Below are positions 37,601 through 49,600 of a stretch of 64,000 bases of DNA, one piece after another; the stretch's first letter is position 1; each line of letters opens with the position of its first letter. Location of the stretch: contig NW_026781892.1 of assembly GCF_031769215.1 (NCBI RefSeq), positions 124,001 to 188,000 on the forward strand, read 5' to 3'. Under the pieces are notes generated by a model, which was not told the DNA's origin, searched no databases, and saw only the letters and a list, made by a program, of their open reading frames with translations. The position numbers and the translations under genes were made by a program. Origin of the DNA: Ylistrum balloti. Lineage: Eukaryota.

Positions 37601-40600
37601 CATGGTGTTTGTTTGGATGTTACTTTGAGATTTACCTGAGCTAGCTATATATAGCACACTGCTGGGTGTTATTCTCTCACAAAGTAATCAGGTCAGTGTA
37701 CATAGCATCCCTAACATTAACCATTTAGAGCTGCTCAGGAGTAAACCTCCATTACACAGTATATCACAAGGGTTCACTACACAATAGCCCTCTGGTGATG
37801 ACCATCAGAGTTAACCTCCACTACACAATAGTCTTCTGGTGATGACCATCAGAGTTAACCTCCACTACACAATAGTCCTCTGGTGATGACCATCAGAGAC
37901 CTCCACTACACAGTAGTCCTCTGGTGATGACCATCAGAATTAACCTCCACTACACAATAGTCCTCTGGTGAAGACCATCAGAATTAACCTCCACTACACA
38001 ATAGTCCACTGGTGATGACCATCAGACTTAACCTCCACTACACAATAGTCCTCTGGTGAAGACCATCAGACTTAACCTCCACTACACAATAGTCCTCTGG
38101 TGAAGACCACCAGACTTAACCTCCACTACACAATAGTCCTCTGGTGAAGACCATCAGACTTAACCTCCACTACACAATAGTCCTCTGGTGATGACCATCA
38201 GAGTTAACCTCCACTACACAATAGTCCTCTGGTGATGACCATCAGAGTTAACCTCCACTACACAATAGTCCTCTGGTGATGACCATCAGAGTTAACCTCC
38301 ACTACACAATAGTCCTCTGGTGATGACCATCAGACTTAACCTCCACTACACAATAGTCCTCTGGTGATGACCATCAGAGTTAACCTCCACTACACAATAG
38401 TCCACTGGTGATGACCATCAGACTTAACCTCCACTACACAATAGTCCTCTGGTGAAGACCATCAGACTTAACCTCCACTACACAATAGTCCTCTGGTGAA
38501 GACCATCAGAGATAACCTCCACTACACAATAGTCCTCTGGTGAAGACCATCAGAGTTAACCTCCACTACACAATAGTCCTCTGGTGATGACCATCAGAGA
38601 CCTCCACTACACAATAGTCCTCTGGTGAAGACCATCAGACTTAACCTCCACTACACAATAGTCCTCTGGTGAAGACCATCAGACTTAACCTCCACTACAC
38701 AATAGTCCTCTGGTGAAGACCATCAGAGACCTCCACTACACAATAGTCCTCTGGTGATGACCATCAGAATTAACCTCCACTACACAATAGTCCTCTGGTG
38801 ATGACCATCAGACTTAACCTCCACTACACAATAGTCCTCTGGTGATGACCATCAGACTTAACCTCCACTACACAATAGTCCTCTGGTGAAGACCATCAGA
38901 CTTAACCTCCACTACACAATAGTCCTCTGGTGATGACCATCAGACTTAACCTCCACTACACAATAGTCCTCTGGTGATGACCATCAGAATTAACCTCCAC
39001 TACACAATAGTCCTCTGGTGATGACCATCAGAATTAACCTCCACTACACAATAGTCCTCTGGTGATGACCATCAGAATTAACCTCCACTACACAATAGTC
39101 CTCTGGTGATGACCATCAGACTTAACCTCCACTACACAATAGTCCTCTGGTGATGACCATCAGAGTTAACCTCCACTACACAATAGTCCTCTGGTGATGA
39201 CCATCAGAGACCTCCACTACACAATAGTCCTCTGGTGATGACCATCAGACTTAACCTCCACTACACAATAGTCCTCTGGTGATGACCATCAGACTTAACC
39301 TCCACTACACAATAGTCCTCTGGTGATGACCATCAGACTTAACCTCCACTACACAATAGTCCTCTGGTGAAGACCATCAGAGTTAACCTCCACTACACAA
39401 TAGTCCTCTGGTGAAGACCATCAGACTTAACCTCCACTACACAATAGTCCTCTGGTGATGACCATCAGACTTAACCTCCACTACACAATAGTCCTCTGGT
39501 GATGACCATCAGAGTTAACCTCCACTACACAATAGTCCTCTGGTGATGACCATCAGAGTTAACCTCCACTACACAATAGTCCTCTGGTGAAGACCATCAG
39601 AGACCTCCACTACACAATAGTCCTCTGGTGAAGACCATCAGAGTTAACCTCCACTACACAATAGTCCTCTGGTGAAGACCATCAGAGTTAACCTCCACTA
39701 CACAATAGTCCTCTGGTGAAGACCACCAGACTTAACTTCCACTACACAGTAGTCCTCTGGTGAAGACCATCAGAGACCTCCACTACACAATAGTCCTCTG
39801 GTGAAGACCATCAGAGTTAACCTCCACTACACAATAGTCCTCTGGTGAAGACCATCAGAGACCTCCACTACACAATAGTCCTCTGGTGAAGACCATCAGA
39901 CTTAACCTCCACTACACAATAGTCCTCTGGTGAAGACCATCAGACTTAACCTCCACTACACAATAGTCCTCTGGTGAAGACCATCAGAGTTAACCTCCAC
40001 TACACAATAGTCCTCTGGTGAAGACCATCAGACTTAACCTCCACTACACAATAGTCCTCTGGTGAAGACCATCAGAGTTAACCTCCACTACACAATAGTC
40101 CTCTGGTGAAGACCATCAGACTTAACCTCCACTACACAATAGTCCTCTGGTGATGACCATCAGACTTAACCTCCACTACACAATAGTCCTCTGGTGATGA
40201 CCATCAGAGTTAACCTCCACTACACAATAGTCCTCTGGTGATGACCATCAGAGTTAACCTCCACTACACAGTAGTCCTCTGGTGATGACCATCAGACTTA
40301 ACCTCCACTACACAATAGTCCTCTGATGAAGACCATCAGAGTTAACCTCCACTACACAATAAGTTTCTGTTGAAGACCACCATTTTTTTACCTGTCTCTG
40401 AGGAAATTGTATTGATATTCTTTCAAGACTAATTATTGTCAGTAAAAATTTACAGGATTGATCAGTCATGTTATCTATGACTGATTACAAGAATGTTTTG
40501 TCATATTTAGTTAAAAAAAAGTCTCTGAAACTACACCCAAAATTTTATGGTTAATATACCATAAAAAATGTTTGTGACATTGTATACTATTAACTAAACA

Positions 40601-43600
40601 TTCAAGGGGAGTAACTCTCTTCAGCCTGCATATTCACATACATTTTCAAATAACAATAATAGTGACGCAGAATTGTTTTCCTCTTACAGAGAAGCAGCAG
40701 AGTTTTGAGGAGAAGAAAGCATCACCCTTACCACCCATCACTAAGAATGTTGATGATGTGCCTGATGTTCCTATCACACTTATTATAGGTAGGTAATCTG
40801 TCAGTTGTGACAGGACTAGAACAAATACTTATCATCTCAAATATCAATAATGAGAATGTAAGTTTTAGTGTTAATCTTGTACTCCCTTAAAGTCCTGTAG
40901 AATCTGATAGTATAATATACCTTAAACCCGGTAATCAAACCTTCAATAATGATTACCTTAAGTCCTAATAGTCTCAGGGATGATATCTGTTATTGGTGGA
41001 CATGATACCTGATAAATTACCTACATATGTGTCCACTTTGCCTCTACGAAGTACTAACAGCTTATTTGTCGATGAGACTGTAAATGATACTGGTCTACAT
41101 GTATGGTGATGTCACCAGGCTTTTGTCAGTGTTCAATTTTTAGGCTGTTCCCATAACTGGCTTTACTCCATGGCTTGTAGCTTTTCTCACTTTAAAACCA
41201 CATACCTATTCAATATTGTATTGAAGATAATGTAGAGATATATGATACAGTGTTTTCCTCTGGACTACCTTCCATGATAACCACTTGGTTTAATAATCAA
41301 CTGACCAAGTAATAGCTGTCTAATTTGGATGATGCACTATATATCATTACTCCTTTGTTGATTCTCTGATACCCCTAGTTGTAACCCCTAATTACTGATA
41401 CCCCTAGTTGTAACCCCTAATTACTGATACCCCTAGTTGTAATCCCTAATTACTGATACCCCTATTTGTATCCCCTAATTACTGATACCCCTAGTTGTAA
41501 CCCCTAATTACTGATACCCCTAGTTGTTACCCCTAATTACTGATACCCCTAGTTGTAACCCCTAATTACTGATACCCCTAGTTGTAACCCCTAATTACTG
41601 ATACCCCTAGTTGTAATCCCTAATTACTGATACCCCTATTTGTATCCCCTAAATACTGATACTCTTAGCAGAAACTTCTAATTAATGGCTTTTCTGTAAT
41701 GACAGGTGGCCCAGGCAGTGGAAAACTCACTCAAGTTAAGTTGTTACAGCAGACATACCCAGGATGGGTACATCTGTCCATGGGAGACCTCCTGAGGGCA
41801 CAGATCACTGAAAAGGGATCGGCAGAGGACAAGTGGGATATGATTGGAGATCTTGTCAATAGAGGAGAGATGGCTCCAGAGGTAAAGGGTTAGGGTGAAA
41901 TTCATTACAATGTTAGACAATAGAGTCTCCTTACTCATCACACTTTTTAAAGGAAATCTTCAGTTGAAGGATTGCTTCTTTTTTATGATTCAAACAAATA
42001 TTAGAAATAATAAAGAAAAAAAATGTGTTACCATGGTTCATGGATTGAAAGTTCAATAACTGCCTGTGTCATGATATAATCTTATGAAAATACAGAAAAA
42101 CTCACTGATATGCCCATCCCAAACTTAAGCAAGACTATACCAGACAAATTTTTATGTATATGCTTCACACCTGACCTGATAATTAACACAGCAACTCCAC
42201 AAGAATCTTGAGTGTGTCAGATTCAGCAGTGAAGTAAGGGTTAATTATCTTGACAGGTTTTAGTTGTCCTCAATAGTGTTAGAGATGATCTGGTATAATG
42301 TGGTACTTCTACTGAAAATAAAATGTAATTCAAGGGAGATAATTTACATAATTATTTGTACATATAACTCAAGGGAGATAATCTGTGTAAAGCTGCTGTT
42401 ATTGATGATCAGTAGCTATAGCTCCAGAGAGGTAATCTGTGTTATTGATGACTCAGTAAGTGTTTTTCAAGAGAGATAATATATTTGATAACTAATGATG
42501 ATCTGTTAAGCATGTAGTTTTAATGTTTATATATTTAACTCCAGGTTGGTTATGCGAAAAGAAAAGTGTTGTGTATTTAGTAATTAGCCGAGCTTCTGGT
42601 GACACAATGTTATATCTGATAGTGTACTTCCAAAGTTCAACACCATTTACTGACCATACTGTGTTGATGAGCTGGTAAATTAAGTATACTAAAGATCGGT
42701 ATCAATAATTGTCTACATTTTAATGTTTACAGGAGATCACAGCAGACCTCCTCCTCACCAGCCTAAAGAGTCATCCCAAAGCCGAAGGTTTCATACTGGA
42801 GGGTTACCCCCGTACAATCAACCAGCTTAAGCAGTTTGACAAAATTGTAAATTTATTTTCCTTTTTATCCCAAACTTTTGATCTCACTGTTAACATATCT
42901 ATAAATTTGTCAAGTATATATAATCATCAGTCTTTGGTCTTTGACGTGAGGTGTGTATAAATATATGATATAAATACACCAGTTTTAGATATTTTTCTTG
43001 TTCCTTGTAAAAGACCTTCATCGTCCATCGGCCAAGACACTTTACACTGTTGTTCCTGATTTTTGTTTGTAACTTTGTCTGTGTTTAATATTCTATGTTA
43101 TGTAACTTTTGTAATATTTTGTGTCTTGATAAAGAAGCAGATTGCTGTTAAACTTTCCCTGTCTGTACAGTAGTTATCACTACATTGATCACATACTGAT
43201 CAGTAAAGTATAAGTGCTTTCATTACAAATCTCCTGATGCTTTACAAATATGTGTAAATGATCAGAAGTGTTTTCATTTTAATTATTTTCCTATATATGA
43301 ACTGGACAATGAGAATTTAAACTCGATCTCTGATATATTGTAAAGAATTTTGGACTTCATGACAAATTTAAATGTCAAGGTAGAAACAAGAAACACAAAG
43401 TTCATCAGAACATACATTCAGCCCGCTTTTATATGTCTTTATGTTAAGTATGTATGTTGTACAGGTGGGTCGTCTATCTATTGTGTTTCTGTATGTTAAG
43501 TATGTATGTTGTACAGGTGGGTCGTCTATCTATTGTGTTTCTGTATGTTAAGTATGTATGTTGTACAGGTGGGTCGTCTATCTATTGTGTTTCTATTGTG

Positions 43601-46600
43601 TTTCTATTGTGTATGTTAAGTATGTATGTTGTACAAGTGGGTTGTCTATCTATTGTGTTTCTGTATGTTAAGTATGTATGTTGTACAGGTAGGTCGTCTA
43701 TCTATTGTGTTTCTGTATGTTAAGTATGTATGTTGTACAAGTGGGTTGTCTATCTATTGTGTTTCTGTATGTTAAGTATGTATGTTGTACAGGTGGGTCG
43801 GCTGGATATGTCCTTTATGTTGGACTGTGACGAACACTGCTGTACACAAAGGCTGCTACAGCGGGGCCAGAAGGAGGAGAGACTGCACGACAATATAAAT
43901 GCGATACAGCGCCGTCTCACAGCATTCAAATGTAACACATTGCCTGCAGCCAAAGTTCTGGATGACAGAGGCAAACTCTTTGTGGTAAATAAAAACAAAA
44001 AGCATTGATGATTTCTCACATCGTAACCATTTAATGTTGATATATATTTGTAATTATTTAATGAAATTACTTACATTCTGGCGCCCCGTTATCTGTGTCG
44101 GTCATTGATTAGAGAATGGTCAATGTAAAGTTTTTGTCATGAATATTAAAGGGTTTTCTAGAGGCATCAGTATTTCCTTCAAATGTACTTGATCTATTCA
44201 CATTTTATCTAGGTTTGGGTTGTGTAGAGGTGAGTTATGTACCTTTGCTGACTCAAGGTTTTGGTGTTGAGGTGAGTTATGTATCTTTGCTGACTCAAGG
44301 TTTGGGTGTTGAGGTGAGTTATGTATCTTTGCTGACTCAAGGTTTGGGTGTTGAGGTGAGTTATGTACCTTTGCTGGCTCAAGGTTTGGGTGTTGAGGTG
44401 AGTTATGTATCTTTGCTGGCTGAAGGTTTGGGTGTTGAGGTGAGTTATGTATCTTTGCTGACTCAAGGTTTGGGTGTTGAGGTGAGTTATGTATCTTTGC
44501 TGACTCAAGTTTTGGGTGTTGAGGTGAGTTATGTATCTTTGCTGGCTCAAGTTTTGGGGGTTGAGGAGAGTTATGTATCTTTGCTGACTCAAGTTTTGGG
44601 TGTTGAGGTGAGTTATGTATCTTTGCTGGCTCAAGTTTTGGGTGTTGAGGTGAGTTATGTATCTTTGCTGGCTCAAGTTTTGGGTGTTGAGGTGAGTTAT
44701 GTATCTTTGCTGACTCAAGTTTTGGGTGTTGAGGTGAGTTATGTATCTTTGCTGACTCAAGTTTTGGGTGTTGAGGTGAGTTATGTATCTTTGCTGGCTC
44801 AAGTTTTGGGTGTTGAGGTGAGTTATGTATCTTTGATAACTCAAGGTTTGGGTGTTGAGGTGAGTTATGTATCTTTGCTGACTCAAGTTTTGGGTGTTGA
44901 GGTGAGTTATGTATCTTTGCTGGCTCAAGTTTTGGGTGTTGAGGTGAGTTATGTATCTTTGCTGACTCAAGTTTTGGGTGTTGAGGTGAGTTATGTATCT
45001 TTGCTGGCTCAAGTTTTGGGTGTTGAGGTGAGTTATGTATCTTTGCTGGCTCAAGTTTTGGGTGTTGAGGTGAGTTATGTATCTTTGCTGACTCAAGTTT
45101 TGGGTGTTGAGGTGAGTTATGTATCTTTGCTGACTCAAGTTTTGGGTGTTGAGGTGAGTTATGTATCTTTGCTGACTCAAGTTTTGGGTGTTGAGGTGAG
45201 TTATGTATCTTTGCTGACTCAAGTTTTGGGTGTTGAGGTGAGTTATGTATCTTTGCTGGCTCAAGTTTTGGGTGTTGAGGTGAGTTATGTATCTTTGATG
45301 ACTCAAGGTTTGGGTGTTGAGGTGAGTTATGTATCTTTGCTGACTCAAGTTTTGGGTGTTGAGGTGAGTTATGTATCTTTGCTGACTCAAGTTTTGGGTG
45401 TTGAGGTGAGTTATGTATCTTTGCTGGCTCAAGTTTTGGGTGTTGAGGTGAGTTATGTATCTTTGCTGACTCAAGTTTTGGGTGTTGAGGTGAGTTATGT
45501 ATCTTTGCTGACTCAAGTTTTGGGTGTTGAGGTGAGTTATGTATCTTTGCTGGCTCAAGTTTTGGGTGTTGAGGTGAGTTATGTATCTTTGCTGACTCAA
45601 GTTTTGGGTGTTGAGGTGAGTTATGTATCTTTGCTGACTCAAGTTTTGGGTGTTGAGGTGAGTTATGTATCTTTGCTGACTCAAGCTTTGGGTGTAGAGG
45701 TGAGTTATAAGTTGTTGCTGACTATGGATTTGGGTGTAGAGGTGAGTTATAAGTTGTTGCTGACTATGGATCTGGGTGTAGAGGTGAGTTATAAGTTGTT
45801 GCTGACTATGGATTTGGGTGTAGAGGTGAGTTATAAGTTGTTGCTGACTATGGATTTGGGTGTAGAGGTGAGTTATAAGTTGTTGCTGACTATGGATTTG
45901 GGTGTAGAGGTGAGTTATAAGTTGTTGCTGACTATGGATTTGGGTGTAGAGGTGAGTTATAAGTTGTTGCTGACTATGGATTTGGGTGTAGAGGTGAGTT
46001 ATAAGTTGTTGCTGACTATGGATTTGGGTGGTGTAGAGGTGAGTTATAAGTTGTTGCTGACTATGGATTTGGGTGTTGAGGTGAGTTATAAGTTGTTACT
46101 GACTATGGATCTGGGTGTAGAGGTGAGTTATAAGTTGTTGCTGACTATGGATCTGGGTGTAGAGGTGAGTTATAAGTTGTTGCTGACTATGGATCTGGGT
46201 GTAGAGGTGAGTTATAAGTTGTTGCTGACTATGGATCTGGTTGTATAGGTAATTCTTTAGGTTTCTTTTGACCTTATGTCCATTTCCTGATATCCCTGTA
46301 AGATTTGATTGAAACATTAGATTTGTTTAGAATATTCAATAAGTTTGTATCAAATCTGATTTGATGTTATTCTAAAAAAAACAAAAAATGTTATACCAGC
46401 TTCACTTAAATAGTGTGTCATTTTGGGGCGAGTGTGTTTTGTTGATTTAAGTTTTTAACTACTTATCTCTGGGGAAGAACTTCAGTAACAAATCATCATC
46501 TTCATACAACCCTGATGGTTGTGAAGATGTAAAACCGAAAAACAAGAGAATATCACTATATTATCATTAACATGAAGAGTAACACATTCTATCAGTGTTT

Positions 46601-49600
46601 CAGACTTTAATACAAAAATGAGGGCCATTCAACTGTTATATTTAACAAGAAAAAACAGTGAACATATGTTTAGCATTGATTGACTTGCACTGATATAAGA
46701 TTGCTTAGAAATCTTTGATATGTCCTTTCAGAAAGAAATCAATTAAATTTCTTGATTTTATGTGGATTCATAATTAAGGTATTTGAATAAAGCACACAAA
46801 AACTGGGTATGAGTCAATGCTTGAAAATCGGCCCATCCCCTATTTTTCTTATTTTCAGTACAAAGGCTCACAATGGGAATACGCCCACTTTTTAAATGTC
46901 CAATTAACCATGAAAAGGCGAGAATTAAGTTGTAAAAACAGCTTTTTCTTTAAACAAAAAAGAAAGAGAAAAATATGTTTTCTGATGAAAAATAATCTGC
47001 ATTTGATCTTTGACTCAGACTAGAGTGACAGTGAGACGCCATGCTGTTAATTATAGATCTACCATTGGGGATTTTATAGAGCGACATTATGACTAACTAT
47101 GTGGACACCAGACATAAACACACGGTGAGACACCATGCTGATAACTATAGATCTACCACTGGGGACTATGTGGACACCAGACATAAACACACGGTGAGAC
47201 ACCATGCTGATAACTATAGATCTACCACTGGGGACTATGTGGACACCAGACATAAACACACGGTGAGACACCATGCTGATAACTATAGATCTACCACTGG
47301 GGACTATGTGGACACCAGACATAAACACACGGTGAGACACCATGCTGATAACTATAGATCTACCACTGGGGACTATGTGGACACCAGACATAAACACACG
47401 GTGAGACACCATGCTGATAACTATAGATCTACCACTGGGGACTATGTGGACACCAGACATAAACACACATTACCAAGTAGAGAAATATATACACCAGGTA
47501 GTAAATATAGAAATGAAAAACCTTGTCTCTAATATTGTAGATAAATGGAGATAGAGACATCAAAGAGGTGGCATTTGAGCTGAAGCAATATTTCACAAGA
47601 TCTATCTTTGGAGACAAAAATGGAAAGAAGCTGGGTGAGTCCATCAAATATATTTCAGAATTGTCATGATCAGAATCTGATCTTCAATTGGGGATGGTTT
47701 GTCTGAGTCATCAACTGGCAAGTATCAGAAAAGTCTGAGATACACCTGGTCTGTATAACTCAGGTCTGACTGAGATACACCTGGTCTGTATAACTGAGGT
47801 CTGACTGAGATACACCTGGTCTGTATAACTCAGGTCTGACTGAGATACACCTGGTCTGTATAACTCAGGTCTGACTGAGATACACCCGGTCTGTATAACT
47901 CAGGTCTGACTGAGATACACCTGGTCTGTATAACTCAGGTCTGACTGAGATGCACCTGGTCTGTATAACTCAGGTCTGACTGAGATACACCTGGTCTGTA
48001 TAACTCAGGTCTGACTGAGATACACCTGGTCTGTATGACTGAGGTCTGACTGAGATACACCTGGTCTGTATGACTCAGGTCTGACTGAGATACACCTGGT
48101 CTGTATAACTCAGGTCTGACTGAGATACACCTGGTCTGTATAACTCAGGTCTGACTGAGATACACCTGGTCTGTATAACTGAGGTCTGACTGAGATACAC
48201 CTGGTCTGTATAACTCAGGTCTGACTGAGATACACCTGGTCTGTATAACTGAGGTCTGACTGAGATACACCTGGTCTGTATAACTGAGGTCTGACTGAGA
48301 TACACCTGGTCTGTATAACTGAGGTCTGACTGAGATACACCTGGTCTGTATAACTGAGGTCTGACTGAGGTCTGACTGAGATACACCTGGTCTGTATAAC
48401 TCAGGTCTGACTGAGATACACCTGGTCTGTATAACTGAGGTCTGACTGAGATACACCTGGTCTGTATGACTCAGGTCTGGTGGTATGTATGGAATTAGTA
48501 TTATGTAGAGAGCTACTTTAAAATGCTTAGAGTATAAGTGTAAAATCTGGCATGTGATTGTTACCATTAAGTTTGCTATGAGACATAATGTTGGACATGA
48601 AGTTAGACCTGAAAGCAGGGCAAGAACTAAGTGTGAGAAGACTTAGTCATGCTTCTAGACTGTTTTCCAATCCAGTTGATATATCTATCAATAGAATTTG
48701 TTTAAATAAAGTGTGAAACTCAATCTGAATGGTAAATGAAGAACTAAAGTGTGAAGTTATACCTTAAAGCTGACACTAACCTGAAGATTGAAACAAAAAC
48801 TAAAGGACGAAAGACTTGTTTACTTGTGAGATCTTGCATGCTTTGTTTTAAATGAGTAAAACTTGTCATTCTTGCTTTTCAGGAACACCTACTAATTTTG
48901 TAAACAGCAGTATTTTAGAATATTCCTTTTCAGATATTTTCCTGCTTTGTAACGAGAAAACAGATATTATTTCATTTTTTTGCTTTTTGATGAATGTAAA
49001 GAGTTGTAGCTGTCTGAAGCTGGATTGTGAACAAGACAAGTAGAGAAATCTATTTTATTCTTCTATCATCTTGACATTTCATGGTTTATTGTAGATAAAC
49101 CTGTTTTGTTCTAACATTGTAATTCTTAATGATTTATTGTAGATAAACCTTTTATTTATTCATCCTAATACTTCATGTCTTATTGTAAATAAACCTATCA
49201 TTCTCACATCCTAATATTCATGTCGTACTGTAAATAAACCTATCATTCTATCATCCTAACATTCATGATTTGCTGTAGATAAATGTATTATTCTATCATC
49301 CTAACATTCATGATTTGCTGTAGATAAATGTATTATTCTATCATCCTAACATTCATGATTTGCTGTAGATAAATGTATTATTCTATCATCCTAACATTCA
49401 TGATTTGCTGTAGATAAATGTATTATTCTATCATCCCAACACTTCAAAATTTACCTGATATGACTCATTAATTACTTTCTCAACACATTCTTTCCTCCAA
49501 ACAGGTGTCCCTCCACCACAAATATATACTAATTAAGTCACACTGATTCCCTTTTTCGCGGCATAATGATGAACTCTGCCCGTGTTTTTGCGATTTCTAT

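Noticed and set aside
37785-40345. CRISPR-like regular repeat
   Set aside because: Head-to-tail units with no unique spacers, no cas genes and a eukaryotic intron context; the same applies to all other arrays.
44209-46248. 677-aa (+) and 491-aa (-) ORFs
   Set aside because: Both frames are open only because the 42-bp unit lacks stops; the region is intronic.
47074-47532. 130/147-aa repeat ORFs
   Set aside because: 69-bp minisatellite; the true exon 7 starts at 47541.
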